This document shows positions 29,603 to 39,937 of a stretch of DNA of 64,000 nt, piece after piece. Each line of letters opens with the position of its first letter. The first letter of the stretch is position 1. This stretch comes from an uncultured delta proteobacterium. GTDB taxonomy: Bacteria; Myxococcota; Myxococcia; Myxococcales; Myxococcaceae. The DNA lies in NCBI GenBank assembly GCA_963713045.1, contig CAVQKE010000003.1, forward strand, positions 1,216,001 to 1,280,000, read 5' to 3'. The position numbers were made by a program, and so were the translations under genes. The notes beneath the pieces are model-generated. The model saw only the letters and a program-made list of their open reading frames with translations, searched no databases and was not told the origin of the DNA.

Positions 29603-30172
29603 ATGCAGGACAGTGCGGACTCTGAGGCAGCGGTGCTTGAGGCCCTGTCCCGGAATGACCGCAAAGGGGCGCTGACGCTTCTGATGGGCCTCTATGGAAA
29701 GTCCCTCTACAACTACTGCCGCCACATGCTGGGCGATTCGACGCTCGCCGAGGACGTCCAACAAACGACGTTTGTTCAGGCCTACTCAGACTTCGGGCGC
29801 TACCGCGGACGTTCCTCGCTTCGCAATTGGCTGCAGGGCATCGCACGACACCGGTGTCTGGACACGTTGAAGATGCGTCGACGCGAAGGCAAACACGTGG
29901 AACAGAGCGAGTCGCCGCCGGACGTCGCGACCGACCAGCCGACGATGGAGGAGCAGCTTCAGGTCGGCTCCATCGGCAAGCACCTTGCCGGCTGCCTCGG
30001 ACGTCTGGACGTCGAGGTGCGTGAGGCCATCCTGCTGCGCTTCATGGAGCAACTGAGTTACCAGGAGATGGCCCAAATGACGGGCGTCCGTGCCGCCACG
30101 CTGCAAATGCGCGTCGCGCGCGCCATGAAGGGGCTTCGCCAGTGCCTCGAGGCCGCGGGAGTCACGCCATGA
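29603..30172 (+). CDS. ECF RNA polymerase sigma factor
   Basis: LAEDVQQTTFVQAY, SSLRNWLQGIARHRCLD (region 2); REAILLRFMEQLSYQEMAQMTG...RVARA (region 4); alternative start 29513. Confidence 0.92.
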   Translation: MQDSADSEAAVLEALSRNDRKGALTLLMGLYGKSLYNYCRHMLGDSTLAEDVQQTTFVQAYSDFGRYRGRSSLRNWLQGIARHRCLDTLKMRRREGKHVEQSESPPDVATDQPTMEEQLQVGSIGKHLAGCLGRLDVEVREAILLRFMEQLSYQEMAQMTGVRAATLQMRVARAMKGLRQCLEAAGVTP

Positions 30173-30854
30173 CGCACTGTCAGCGTTTTGAGCAGGAGGG
30201 CCTGGTGCGTTTCGTCGCCGGTGAGCCCTTGGACGCCCACTTCGACAGCTGTCCGGATTGCCAAAGCGCACGGGCCAGCTACGCAGCACTCGCCTCGGCA
30301 CTCAAAGACGCTCGGGACAGCTACAGCCCAGCCGGGAATTGGGAGGCGAAGGTGTGGGCGCGCATTCAGCGGGGTCAGGACGCCCGCCGCCCACGTCCCT
30401 GGGCAGCCTTCGCCGCGTTTGGGGCTTCCGCCGCAGCGCTCGCCGTCTTCTTCCTCACCTCGTCCTTCGGGGGCCCTGAGACGCTTGAGCTCGCCACCGT
30501 CCAGGTGGAGCGTGGCTCTGGCGTCGCCGTCCGCGCCTCGCGCGGGGGGTCTCCGCGGCGCCCGGCGACGTCCTGCACCTGGTGGCCAAGGTGCCCCGCG
30601 GGAAGCTGGGGGACCTGCGCGTCTACCGGGGTGCCGACGAAATGGTTTTTGCGTGCGCCCAAAGCGCCACCTGCCTGCATTCCAGGGACGGACTGGAAGC
30701 CAGGGTGACACTCGACAAGCCTGGCATTTACCGCAGCATTGCCATTGCAGCGGACCGAGAGCTGCCAGTGGCCACCGGAAAGCTGGACACGGACTACGCC
30801 GCGGCGATGCATGCCGGGAGCGCCAAGGAGTCGCCTCCGGTGGAAGTTCTCTAA
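30169..30854 (+). CDS. Zinc-binding (ZAS-type) single-TM anti-sigma factor with extracytoplasmic domain (frameshift at G run near 30545)
   Basis: ATGA overlap with the sigma gene; HFDSCPDC (HxxxCxxC); TM WAAFAAFGASAAALAVFFL; continues AAPGDVLHLVAKV...LRVYRG...PPVEVL. Confidence 0.8.
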
Positions 30855-30869
30855 GGGCCCCGGCCGCTT

Positions 30870-31949
30870 TCAGGGACGCGCGCGGTCCGCCCGCGGGTAA
30901 CTCCCCAACACCTTGCAGGTCTCGGCCTGCCCGGCCAATGTGGCCAAGGCTTTGGCCACGGGTGCGTCCTCGACGTGGCCCTCCATGTCCACGAAGAAGG
31001 CCGACTCCCACGGCCGGCGTCGGCTCGGGCGGCTTTCAATCTTGGTGAGGTTGACGCCTTCGTCGGAGAAGGGCTGAAGCAGCCGCAACAGCGCCCCCGG
31101 GCCATCCTTTACCAACAGCAGGACGGACGTCCTATCCTTGCCGGTGGCGCGCCCTTGCTCGCGGCCGATGACCAGGAAGCGTGTCGCGTTGTCGGCCAAG
31201 TCCTGGATGCCCTCGGCCACGACGACCAGGTCATGCAGGCGCCCGGCCAACTCCGAGGCAATGGCCGCCCCGTTGGCGTCCTCGCGCGCCACCCGGGCCG
31301 CCTCGGCGGTGCTGGGCGTTTCCACCTGTGCCGCGTGCGCCAGGTTGGCGGCCAGCCAGCGTCGGCACTGCCCCAAGGCTTGCGGATGGCTGTAGACGCG
31401 TTGGACCGCCGGCAGTTCCAGGCCCGGGCGCACCAACAGGCACTGGGTAATGTCCAGAATGATTTCCCCGGAGATGTTGAGGGGGGAGTCCAGAAACGTG
31501 TCCAGGGTGTGCAGCACCGCGCCCTCGGTGCTGTTTTCCACCGGAACGACGCCGAAGTCCGCGCGCCCCTGCTCCACTTCGGTGAAGACGCCAGCGATGG
31601 TACCCACCGGCTGTGCCCGGGCAGAGAAGCCGAATTGGTGCGTCACTGCCATGTGGGTGAAGGTTGCCTCCGGGCCGAGGTAAGCCACCCGCAGGCCCTG
31701 TTCCAGAGACAGGCAGGCGGAGAAGACTTCCTGGAAAACGGGGCGAATGGCGGAGGAGGGAAAGGGCCCTGGGTTGGCCGCCACCAGCCGCTCGAGGATG
31801 GCTCGCTCCCGGCGCGGCACGTAGAAGGGCAGCTGGCGGACTTCTTTGAAGCTGGCGACCTGCTCCACCAAGCGGGCGCGCCGGTTGAGGAGTCGCAGCA
31901 GCTCGTCGTCCACCGCATCGATGGCAGCCCGCAACTCGTCCAGCTCCAT
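30870..31949 (-). CDS. pheA: Chorismate mutase/prephenate dehydratase
   Basis: LDELRAAIDAVD, AYLGPEATFT, VPVENSTEG, YSHPQALGQC, NATRFLV, NLTKIESRPS. Confidence 0.95.
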   Translation of the reverse strand: MELDELRAAIDAVDDELLRLLNRRARLVEQVASFKEVRQLPFYVPRRERAILERLVAANPGPFPSSAIRPVFQEVFSACLSLEQGLRVAYLGPEATFTHMAVTHQFGFSARAQPVGTIAGVFTEVEQGRADFGVVPVENSTEGAVLHTLDTFLDSPLNISGEIILDITQCLLVRPGLELPAVQRVYSHPQALGQCRRWLAANLAHAAQVETPSTAEAARVAREDANGAAIASELAGRLHDLVVVAEGIQDLADNATRFLVIGREQGRATGKDRTSVLLLVKDGPGALLRLLQPFSDEGVNLTKIESRPSRRRPWESAFFVDMEGHVEDAPVAKALATLAGQAETCKVLGSYPRADRARP

Positions 31950-32136
31950 ATTGACGCCGAAGTCCCGGCCCCGACGCTCCCAGCCACCCTGGACGGCTCC
32001 CCCTGCGGGGCCAACAGGGGCTGCCAAGGAAGTCTACCCCCGTGGCGCGCCGTTCATGAAGCGGTGCGTCGAAACCCTGGGCGAAGTGTGGAAAATGCCT
32101 GGAAGCTCGCTTAAGCCTGTCTTTCTTGCGTAGCCG

Positions 32137-33213
32137 ATGATTGCCCATCCCGACGCCTCTCCCGCACCGCTGCGCGACGCCCTCGGTCGGCCACTGCGTA
32201 ACTTGCGGCTGAGCGTCACCGACCGCTGCAACCTGCGGTGCAGCTACTGCATGCCCGAGCCGGACTACGTCTGGCTGCCACGCTCGGAGTTGCTCAGCTT
32301 CGAGGAACTCTCTCGGGTGGTCAGCATTTTCTCCTCGCTGGGGGTGGACCGCATCCGGCTCACCGGCGGGGAGCCGCTGCTGCGCCATGAGTTGCCGGAG
32401 CTGGTGCGTCGGCTGGCGGCCCAGCCGGGGCTTTCTGACCTCGCCCTCACCACCAATGGGGTGCTGCTGTCGCAGCTGGCTTTGCCTCTGCGAAGGGCCG
32501 GCCTGACGCGCGTCACGGTTAGCCTCGACACCTTGCGTCCAGAGCGCTTCGTCGCCCTCACCCGCCGCGACGAGCATGCCCGGGTGCTGGCCGGCATCGG
32601 CGCGGTGCGAGACCTGGCTTGGGGCGGCCTCAAGCTGGACGCCGTCGTGATGCGCGGACGCAATGACGACGAACTCCTCTCGCTGCTCGCCTTCGCCAAG
32701 GAGCAAGCCGCCGAGCTCCGCTTCATTGAATATATGGACGTCGGCGGCGCCACCCGGTGGCGGCGGGAGGACGTGGTTTCGCGCTCAGAGATGCTGGAGC
32801 GCATCGTGGCGGTCCACGGCCCAGTCGAGCCCCTGGACGAGGCCGGTGCCAGTGGACTTCCCGCAGCGCGCGGCCGAGCTCCGGCCGAGCGCTTCCGACT
32901 GCCGGACGGCACCACCTTCGGCATCATCGCCTCCACCACCGCCCCCTTTTGCCAGACCTGCGACCGCAGTCGGCTCACGGCCGATGGCACCTGGTTTATG
33001 TGCCTTTACGCCCGCTCCGGCCTCAACCTGCGCCAGGCACTGCGGGGGGGTGCCTCCGACGAAAGCATTGCCCAATTGCTGCGTTTGGCCTGGAAGGCGC
33101 GGGCCGACCGCGGGGCGGAGCAGCGCCTGGCCTTGCAGCACCGCCAGCCCCTGGTCGACGTGGCCGAACTTCGCGAGGACCCACGGCTGGAGATGCACAC
33201 CCGGGGTGGCTGA
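32137..33213 (+). CDS. moaA: GTP 3',8-cyclase
   Basis: LRLSVTDRCNLRCSYCMP, LTGGEP, PFCQTCDRSRL, C-terminal RGG. Confidence 0.95.
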   Translation: MIAHPDASPAPLRDALGRPLRNLRLSVTDRCNLRCSYCMPEPDYVWLPRSELLSFEELSRVVSIFSSLGVDRIRLTGGEPLLRHELPELVRRLAAQPGLSDLALTTNGVLLSQLALPLRRAGLTRVTVSLDTLRPERFVALTRRDEHARVLAGIGAVRDLAWGGLKLDAVVMRGRNDDELLSLLAFAKEQAAELRFIEYMDVGGATRWRREDVVSRSEMLERIVAVHGPVEPLDEAGASGLPAARGRAPAERFRLPDGTTFGIIASTTAPFCQTCDRSRLTADGTWFMCLYARSGLNLRQALRGGASDESIAQLLRLAWKARADRGAEQRLALQHRQPLVDVAELREDPRLEMHTRGG

Positions 33214-33346
33214 AGCACCGCCTTCGGGGAAGGGGCTGCGCCCGGCCTCCGCCCCTCGCCTGCAGCACCACTTCCCTTTGAGAGGACGCGGACTTGCGGT
33301 GAGGGTCACTGGCCAGGGGCCGAGAGGTGGTTAGTGTTGTTGAAGC

Positions 33347-34228
33347 ATGTCGAACCAAATCAAAACCCTTCTTCTCCTTGGAGGCCTGTCGGCTCTGCTC
33401 ATCGCCGTTGGGGGCGCTCTGGGGCCAGATTTCTTGACCTACGCCGTCGTTGTGGCGGCGGTCATGAATCTCGGCGCCTACTTCTTCTCCGACCGCATCG
33501 TCCTGGCGTCCCAGCATGCCCAGGAAGTGACGGCCGAGCAGGCCCCTGAGCTGCATGCCCTGGTGGCCGAGCTCGCTCAGGAGGCGGGCATCCCCAAGCC
33601 GCGCGTCTACCTCATCCCCGAGGCCCAGCCCAACGCCTTCGCCACCGGACGCAGCCCGAAGCATGGGGTGGTGGCAGTCACCCAAGGGATTTTGCAGGTT
33701 CTCGACGAGCGCGAACTGCGCGCGGTGCTGGCGCACGAGCTGTCGCACGTCAAGAATCGGGACGTCCTCATCTCCAGCGTCGCCGCCACAGTGGCGGCGG
33801 CGGTGAGTTACATTGCCCACGTGGCCGGCTTCTTCGGCAGCTCTCGCCGAAACGGCGACGGGCCGGGTGCGTTGGAGTCGCTGCTGCTTCTGTTGGTGGC
33901 GCCGGTTGCCGCGACGCTGATTCAATTCGGCATCTCCCGAAGCCGCGAATTCGAGGCGGACCATTCCGGGGCCACCCTGTCGCATGACCCCGAAGCGCTG
34001 GCCCAGGCCCTGGAGAAGTTGGAGGGGGGCGTGCGCGCGGTCCCCAGCCAGGTGCAACCGGCGATGGCCAGCCTTTTCATCGTCAACCCCTTTGGCGGCA
34101 TGCGCAATGTGGCCCGGCTCTTCTCCACCCACCCTCCCACCGAAGAGCGGGTGCGCCGGCTGCGCGCCATGGAGTCCACACCGGGCTTCGCTCCCCAGTG
34201 GGACAGCAGTGCGCCGGCTCGGCTTTAG
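33347..34228 (+). CDS. htpX: Zinc metalloprotease HtpX
   Basis: PNAFATGR, AHELSH, SRSREFEAD, LFSTHPPTEERV. Confidence 0.93.
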   Translation: MSNQIKTLLLLGGLSALLIAVGGALGPDFLTYAVVVAAVMNLGAYFFSDRIVLASQHAQEVTAEQAPELHALVAELAQEAGIPKPRVYLIPEAQPNAFATGRSPKHGVVAVTQGILQVLDERELRAVLAHELSHVKNRDVLISSVAATVAAAVSYIAHVAGFFGSSRRNGDGPGALESLLLLLVAPVAATLIQFGISRSREFEADHSGATLSHDPEALAQALEKLEGGVRAVPSQVQPAMASLFIVNPFGGMRNVARLFSTHPPTEERVRRLRAMESTPGFAPQWDSSAPARL

Positions 34229-34258
34229 GCGGGGACTGCTTTTGAGAGGACTTTCACC

Positions 34259-36097
34259 ATGACCAAGAACCGCTTTCATCTCCTCTATGCCGTGCTCGCA
34301 TTGGTGGGCGTGATGTTCGTCCACGACTTGTGGGTGGGCTACCGCCAAGTCGCCGTGCTGCCCTACAGCCAATTCCAGCAGCTGGTGCATGAGGGAAAAG
34401 TGGCCGAAGTGAAGGTGGGGGAGGACCGACTGGAGGGCACCCTCAAGGAGCCCCTCGACGGCAAGACGCGCTTCGTCACCAACCGCGTCGGCCCGGAGCT
34501 GGCGAAGGAACTGGACGCTGCTTCAGTCAAGTACTCCGGCATCGCCGAAAACCGGCTGGTCGAGATGCTGCTCAGCTGGCTCCTCCCGGTCCTTCTGTTT
34601 GGGGGCGTGTGGCTGGTTCTCGCCCGACGGATGGCAGGCCGGTTGGGCCCTAGCGGCGGGTTGATGTCCATCGGCAAAAGCAAAGCCAAAGTCTTCGTCG
34701 AGACGGACGTCCAGGTGCGTTTCTCGGACGTGGCGGGCGTGGATGAGGCCAAAGGCGAGCTGCAGGAGGTGGTAGTTACCTGAAGGACCCGCGAGTCCTA
34801 CGGCCGCCTCGGAGGTCGCGTTCCCAAGGGCATTCTTCTGGTCGGGCCGCCAGGCACTGGAAAGACGCTGCTCGCCAAGGCGGTGGCCGGCGAGGCACAC
34901 GTGCCCTTCTTCTCCATCAGCGGAAGCGAATTCGTGGAGATGTTTGTCGGGGTCGGCGCCGCTCGGGTGCGCGACCTCTTCGAGCAGGCCCGGGCGAAGG
35001 CGCCGGCCATCATCTTCATCGACGAGCTCGATGCCCTGGGACGGGCGCGCGGCGCCAACCTGGGGATGGGCGGCCACGATGAGAAGGAGCAGACGCTCAA
35101 CCAGCTGCTGGTGGAGATGGACGGCTTCGACACCCGGAGCGGCATCGTCCTGCTGGCAGCCACCAACCGCCCGGACATTCTCGACCCGGCGCTGTTGCGG
35201 GCGGGCCGGTTCGACCGGCAGGTGCTGGTGGACCGGCCGGAGCGCGCCGGCCGCGCCGCCATTCTCCGCGTCCACATCACGAAGATGAAGCTGGCGCCGG
35301 ACGTCGACATGGACGCGATCGCCGCGCTGACGCGGGCTTCACGTGGCGCGGATCTCGCCAACCTGGTGAATGAAGCGGCGCTGGCCGCCACGCGGCGGCA
35401 CGCGGACGGCGGTGGAGCGGGAGGACTTCGACGCGGCGCATCGAGCGGATCGTCGCCGGATTCGAGAAGAAGAGCACGGCATCCTGAACGCCCAGGAGCG
35501 CGAATTGGTGGCCTATCCACGAAATGGGCCATGCCCTGGTGGCCGCGGCCACGCCGGGCAGCGATCCGGTGCAAAAAGTCTAGCATCATTCCGCGCGGCA
35601 TGGGGGCGCTGGGCTACACCATGCAGCGGCCCACAGAGGATCGCTTTCTCATGACGCCGGTCCGAGCTGGAGGGAAAGCTGTCGGTGTTGCTCGGGGGAC
35701 GAGCCGCCGAGACGCTCATCTTCCAGCACACCTCCACCGGCGCCGCGGACGACTTGTCGCGGGCGACGGACATTGCGCGGGACATGGCGACGCGCTTCGC
35801 GATGGTGCCGGCGCTGGGCCCGGTGACCTACGAGGCTGCGCCGGCGGGCTTCCTTGGCCGCAGCCCATGCAGCGCCGGGAGTACAGCGAGCAGACGGCCA
35901 GGGAGATTGACCTCGCTGTCCGGGAGATTGTCAGCCAAGCCGCTGCGCGGGCCGAGGCCACGCTGCGCGCTCGGCGGCAGACACTGGACCGCGCGGCTCG
36001 ACTTCTCCTCGAGCGCGAGACGCTGGTGGACGCTGACTTGAAGGTCCTCTTCGAAGCAGCAGGTGTGGAAGCCTCCCGCACGCCGCGCGCCGCCTGA
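34259..36097 (+). CDS. ftsH: ATP-dependent zinc metalloprotease FtsH (many indels near 34775-34795 and 35400-35870)
   Basis: Two TMs; [49 protein letters not shown] (after a 1-nt insertion), [16 protein letters not shown]. Confidence 0.88.
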
Positions 36098-36154
36098 CGG
36101 GCTAGACTGACAAGCAACCCGTGGTCGCTGTCCCCCCCGACGAGGTGAGGCGTC

Positions 36155-36601
36155 ATGGAAGCACCAGTGGTCCCTGAAGTGGTGGTCCATGGCGGCCCAA
36201 CCGGACTGCGCCAGCAGATTCAGGCCGGTCCCAACGCCTGGGTGGCCGACGAGCCCACCGCCGTGGGTGGCACCGGAGAGGGGCCGACGCCTTACGACTT
36301 GCTGCTTGGCGCCCTCGGCGCGTGCACCAGCATGACGCTGCGCCTGTATGCCGACCGGCGCAAATGGCCCCTGGAGGGCGTGACGGTGCGGCTACGGCAC
36401 AGCCGCGTCCACCGCGACGACTGCGTCAACTGTGAGAAGAAGGACTCTTCCATCGAGCGCATCGAGCGGACGCTCGAACTCAAGGGGCCACTCTCCGAGG
36501 ACCAGCGGAAGCACCTGGTGGACATTGCCGAGCGCTGCCCCGTCCATCAGACGCTGAGAAACAACCTCGAGGTGCACACCACCCTCGCCCCGGCCGGCTG
36601 A
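36155..36601 (+). CDS. OsmC family protein
   Basis: ADEPTAVGG...GPTPYDLLLGALGACTSMT, IAERCPVHQTL. Confidence 0.9.
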   Translation: MEAPVVPEVVVHGGPTGLRQQIQAGPNAWVADEPTAVGGTGEGPTPYDLLLGALGACTSMTLRLYADRRKWPLEGVTVRLRHSRVHRDDCVNCEKKDSSIERIERTLELKGPLSEDQRKHLVDIAERCPVHQTLRNNLEVHTTLAPAG

Positions 36602-36633
36602 CGGGGCGTGCCGTGCGTCCGCCTGGCTGACGC

Positions 36634-37551
36634 CTAGCGCGTCCAGAAGCTGGCCAGGACGACATTTCGCTCCAGGGGCTTCAAATTCACCCCGGGATTG
36701 GCCAGCGTCAGCATGTCGAAGGTCAGGCCGCCGCCGAGTCCCCCCCAACTCAACTCCCCCTGCGCGGGCGCGAGGCCGGGGTGCACAGTGAATTCCCACT
36801 CCGTCACCAATTCAACTTTCCCTCCCATGACGTGCAACGGGGGCGGCGGAAATTGCACCCCCAAGTTCAGCGCCCGCTCGACGTCCGCGTCCATGACGCC
36901 GTCCCCCGAGGGGATGACAATGTCGAAGTCGCGCAGGAGGCCCTCCACGTCCAGCACGAGGCGGATGCGCAAGGTGGCTTTGCTGGCATGGGCGCGGACG
37001 TGCTCCACGGAAAACATCCCCAAAAGCAGCCGTCGCAACTCAGTGAAGTAGGCGTCCCAAAAGCCGCTCCGCAGGACGGTCATCGCGCCGGCGCCCCGAT
37101 GAAGCGACTCGGCCAGTCTCTCCGCGGCGGAGGTTCCCGGCGGGTGTTGGGGCCCGCGGCGGATGACCATCGCCTGTGCCACAGCGTCGGAGACGGCCTC
37201 CAGCGACGGGACGGCGGGTGGTGCTCCGGGCACGGCGAAGGGGGTGTCGGGCTGCACGGTGAAGCCCGCTGCGCCGCCTGGCCGCGCCAAACCCGCGGCC
37301 GCGCCCGCCCCCCGGGAGGTCTGCCCCCCAGGCCCGGCTACAGGGGAAATGGGGCGAGCCCGGTGTAAGCGCGGGACCGGGACGTCCACAATCGTCACGC
37401 TCAGCGGCTGCTGGAGCGGCCGAGGCGGTGGCACGGGCGGCTTCCAGCCCAGCACCAGCAGGCCCAAATGGACGAGAAGGCTGGCCAGCACGGCCACCAC
37501 CAGCGTCCGGCGCTCGCGCCTCGTCGCCGTGGGTGCTTTGTCTGGCCTCAC
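36634..37551 (-). CDS. TonB/TolA-like protein (TM anchor, Pro-rich linker, TonB-C-like domain)
   Basis: ASLLVHLGLL (SHLS-like TM), PPVPPPRP linker, IRLVLDVEG...PSGDGVMDADVERAL...FPPPP. Confidence 0.65.
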   Translation of the reverse strand: MRPDKAPTATRRERRTLVVAVLASLLVHLGLLVLGWKPPVPPPRPLQQPLSVTIVDVPVPRLHRARPISPVAGPGGQTSRGAGAAAGLARPGGAAGFTVQPDTPFAVPGAPPAVPSLEAVSDAVAQAMVIRRGPQHPPGTSAAERLAESLHRGAGAMTVLRSGFWDAYFTELRRLLLGMFSVEHVRAHASKATLRIRLVLDVEGLLRDFDIVIPSGDGVMDADVERALNLGVQFPPPPLHVMGGKVELVTEWEFTVHPGLAPAQGELSWGGLGGGLTFDMLTLANPGVNLKPLERNVVLASFWTR

Positions 37552-37680
37552 CGCATCCCTCTTTAGCGTCCTTCGCCACCCAGCAGAAAGGACATGCCCC
37601 GGCCGTCAGCCGCCCCTCCCTTCTGTGGACGGGGGCATGCTAAGCGGCCTCGCGCGGGACGCTCGCCCGCCGGAGCCTCC

Positions 37681-38871
37681 ATGGACGCCACCCTTCTGCA
37701 GCACCTCAGCGCAGAGACGGCCAAACTCCTCGAGAGCGGCCTCTTCAAGAAAGAGCGCATCATCACCTCGCCGCAGAGTGCCCTCATCCGCGTCGAAGGT
37801 GCAGGTGAGGTGCTCAACTTCTGCGCCAACAACTACCTTGGCCTGGCCGACCATCCGGACGTCATCGCCGCAGCGCAGAGGGCGCTGGAGCGCTACGGCT
37901 TCGGCATGGCCTCGGTGCGCTTCATCTGCGGGACGCAGGAGCTCCACAAGACGCTCGAGGCGCGGCTGTCCGCCTTTCTCGGCACCGAGGACACCATCCT
38001 CTACTCCTCATGCTTTGACGCCAATGGAGGCCTCTTCGAGACGGTGCTGGCCGAGGAGGACGCCGTCATTACGGACGCCCTCAACCACGCCTCCATCATC
38101 GACGGCATCCGGCTGTGCAAGGCCAAGCGCTTCCGCTACGCCAACAACGACATGGCGGACCTCGAGGCGAGGCTGAAGGAGGCCGGCGACGCACGCTTCC
38201 GGCTCATCGCCACCGACGGCGTCTTTTCCATGGACGGAACCATCGCCAACCTCCGCGCCATCTGCGACTTGGCGGATAGGTACCGCGCCCTGGTGATGGT
38301 GGATGACTGCCACGCCACCGGCTTCCTTGGGGCGAAGGGGCGCGGGACGCCCGAGCACTGCGGTGTGCTGGGCCGCGTGGACCTCCTCTCCGGCACCTTG
38401 GGCAAGGCGCTCGGCGGCGCCTCCGGAGGCTACGTCAGCGGACGCAAGGAGGTGGTGGCGTGGCTGCGCCAGCGCAGCCGGCCCTACCTTTTTTCCAACG
38501 CCCTGATGCCGGCCATCTGCGCTGCCTCCCTGACCGTGCTCGACTTGCTCGAGCGCAGCGACCAGCTGCGCGAGCACCTGCGGGCCAACGCCGCGCACTT
38601 CCGCGCCGGAATGAGCAAGCTTGGCTTTGCTCTGGTGCCGGGAGAGCATCCCATCATTCCCGTGATGCTCGGAGACGCCAAACTGGCCAGCACCTTCGCC
38701 GACCGGATGCTGGCCCAGGGCGTCTACGTGGTGGGCTTCAGCTTCCCGGTGGTGCCAACGGGCCAGGCCCGCATCCGCACGCAAATGTCGGCCGCGCACA
38801 CCACCGACCAGCTCGACCGCGCGATGGATGTCTTCGCTTCGGTCGGCCGCACTTTGGGCGTCATCCACTGA
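37681..38871 (+). CDS. kbl: Glycine C-acetyltransferase (2-amino-3-ketobutyrate CoA ligase)
   Basis: [47 protein letters not shown]; adjacent to tdh. Confidence 0.95.
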   Translation: MDATLLQHLSAETAKLLESGLFKKERIITSPQSALIRVEGAGEVLNFCANNYLGLADHPDVIAAAQRALERYGFGMASVRFICGTQELHKTLEARLSAFLGTEDTILYSSCFDANGGLFETVLAEEDAVITDALNHASIIDGIRLCKAKRFRYANNDMADLEARLKEAGDARFRLIATDGVFSMDGTIANLRAICDLADRYRALVMVDDCHATGFLGAKGRGTPEHCGVLGRVDLLSGTLGKALGGASGGYVSGRKEVVAWLRQRSRPYLFSNALMPAICAASLTVLDLLERSDQLREHLRANAAHFRAGMSKLGFALVPGEHPIIPVMLGDAKLASTFADRMLAQGVYVVGFSFPVVPTGQARIRTQMSAAHTTDQLDRAMDVFASVGRTLGVIH

Positions 38872-38872
38872 C

Positions 38873-39900
38873 ATGAAGGCACTGGTCAAGGCGAAGCGAG
38901 AGCCCGGCATCTGGTTGCAGGACGTCCCGGCGCCCGAGGTGGGGCCCAACGACGTGCTGATTCGGGTGCGTCAGGCCAGCATCTGTGGCACCGACATCCA
39001 CATTCTCAACTGGGACGAATGGAGCCAGCGCACCGTCCCGGTGCCCCTCACCATCGGTCACGAATTCATGGGAGAGATTGCTGGCCTAGGAAGCGCCGTC
39101 AGCGGCTTCAAGCTGGGGAAAGGGTCGCCGCAGAAGGCCACATTACCTGCGGGCACTGCCGAAACTGCCGCGCCGGCAAGCGACACCTCTGCCGAAATAC
39201 GGTGGGGGTGGGGGTGCAGCGACCGGGTGGGTTTGCCGAGCTGGTGGTGGTCCCCGCCTTCAACGTCTTTCGCATCCCCAAGGACGTTCCCGACGAGGTG
39301 GCGGCCTTCTTCGACCCACTCGGGAATGCAGTCCACACCGCGCTGGCCTTCGACTTGGTGGGCGAGGACGTCCTCATCACCGGCGCCGGGCCAATTGGCG
39401 TCATGGCCGCGGCCATTTCCCGCCACGTCGGCGCGCGCTACGTGGTGGTGACGGACGTCAACGCCTACCGGCTGGAGCTGGCCAAGAAAATGGGCGCCAC
39501 CCGGGCAGTCGACGTCCGCACGACAACGCTGCAGCAAGTGATGCGGGAGCTGGGCATGACCGAGGGCTTCGACGTTGGCATGGAAATGTCCGGCAACGGC
39601 GAGGCGGTGAGGGACATGTTTAACGCCATGAATCACGGCGGCCGGGTGGCCATCCTCGGCATTCCCCCCAAGGAGGTCTCGGTCGACTTCAACCACCTCA
39701 TCTTCAAAGGCCTGGTGGTGAAAGGCATCTACGGCCGGGAGATGTTTGAGACTTGGTACAAGATGGTGGCCATGCTGCAGAGCGGCCTCGACGTGCGCCC
39801 CATCCTCACCCATCGCTTCAAAGCCGATGAATATGCACAAGCCTTCGAGGTGATGCGCAGCGGACAGAGCGGCAAGGTGGTCCTCGACTGGACGAGTTGA
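38873..39900 (+). CDS. tdh: L-threonine 3-dehydrogenase (frameshift near 39120)
   Basis: [43 protein letters not shown]. Confidence 0.93.
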
Positions 39901-39937
39901 GAAACACCGAGGCCGCGGGCCGTGCTGGAGGGAAACC

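Noticed and set aside
26982..30854. CRISPR type III-E (Craspase) or gasdermin locus
   Set aside because: No repeats, cas genes or gasdermin-sized partner gene in the window; used only as an analogy.
37681..38871. Possible serine palmitoyltransferase, given the ceramidase-like gene in the window
   Set aside because: Kbl-type motifs ([20 protein letters not shown]) and coupling to tdh identify it as kbl.
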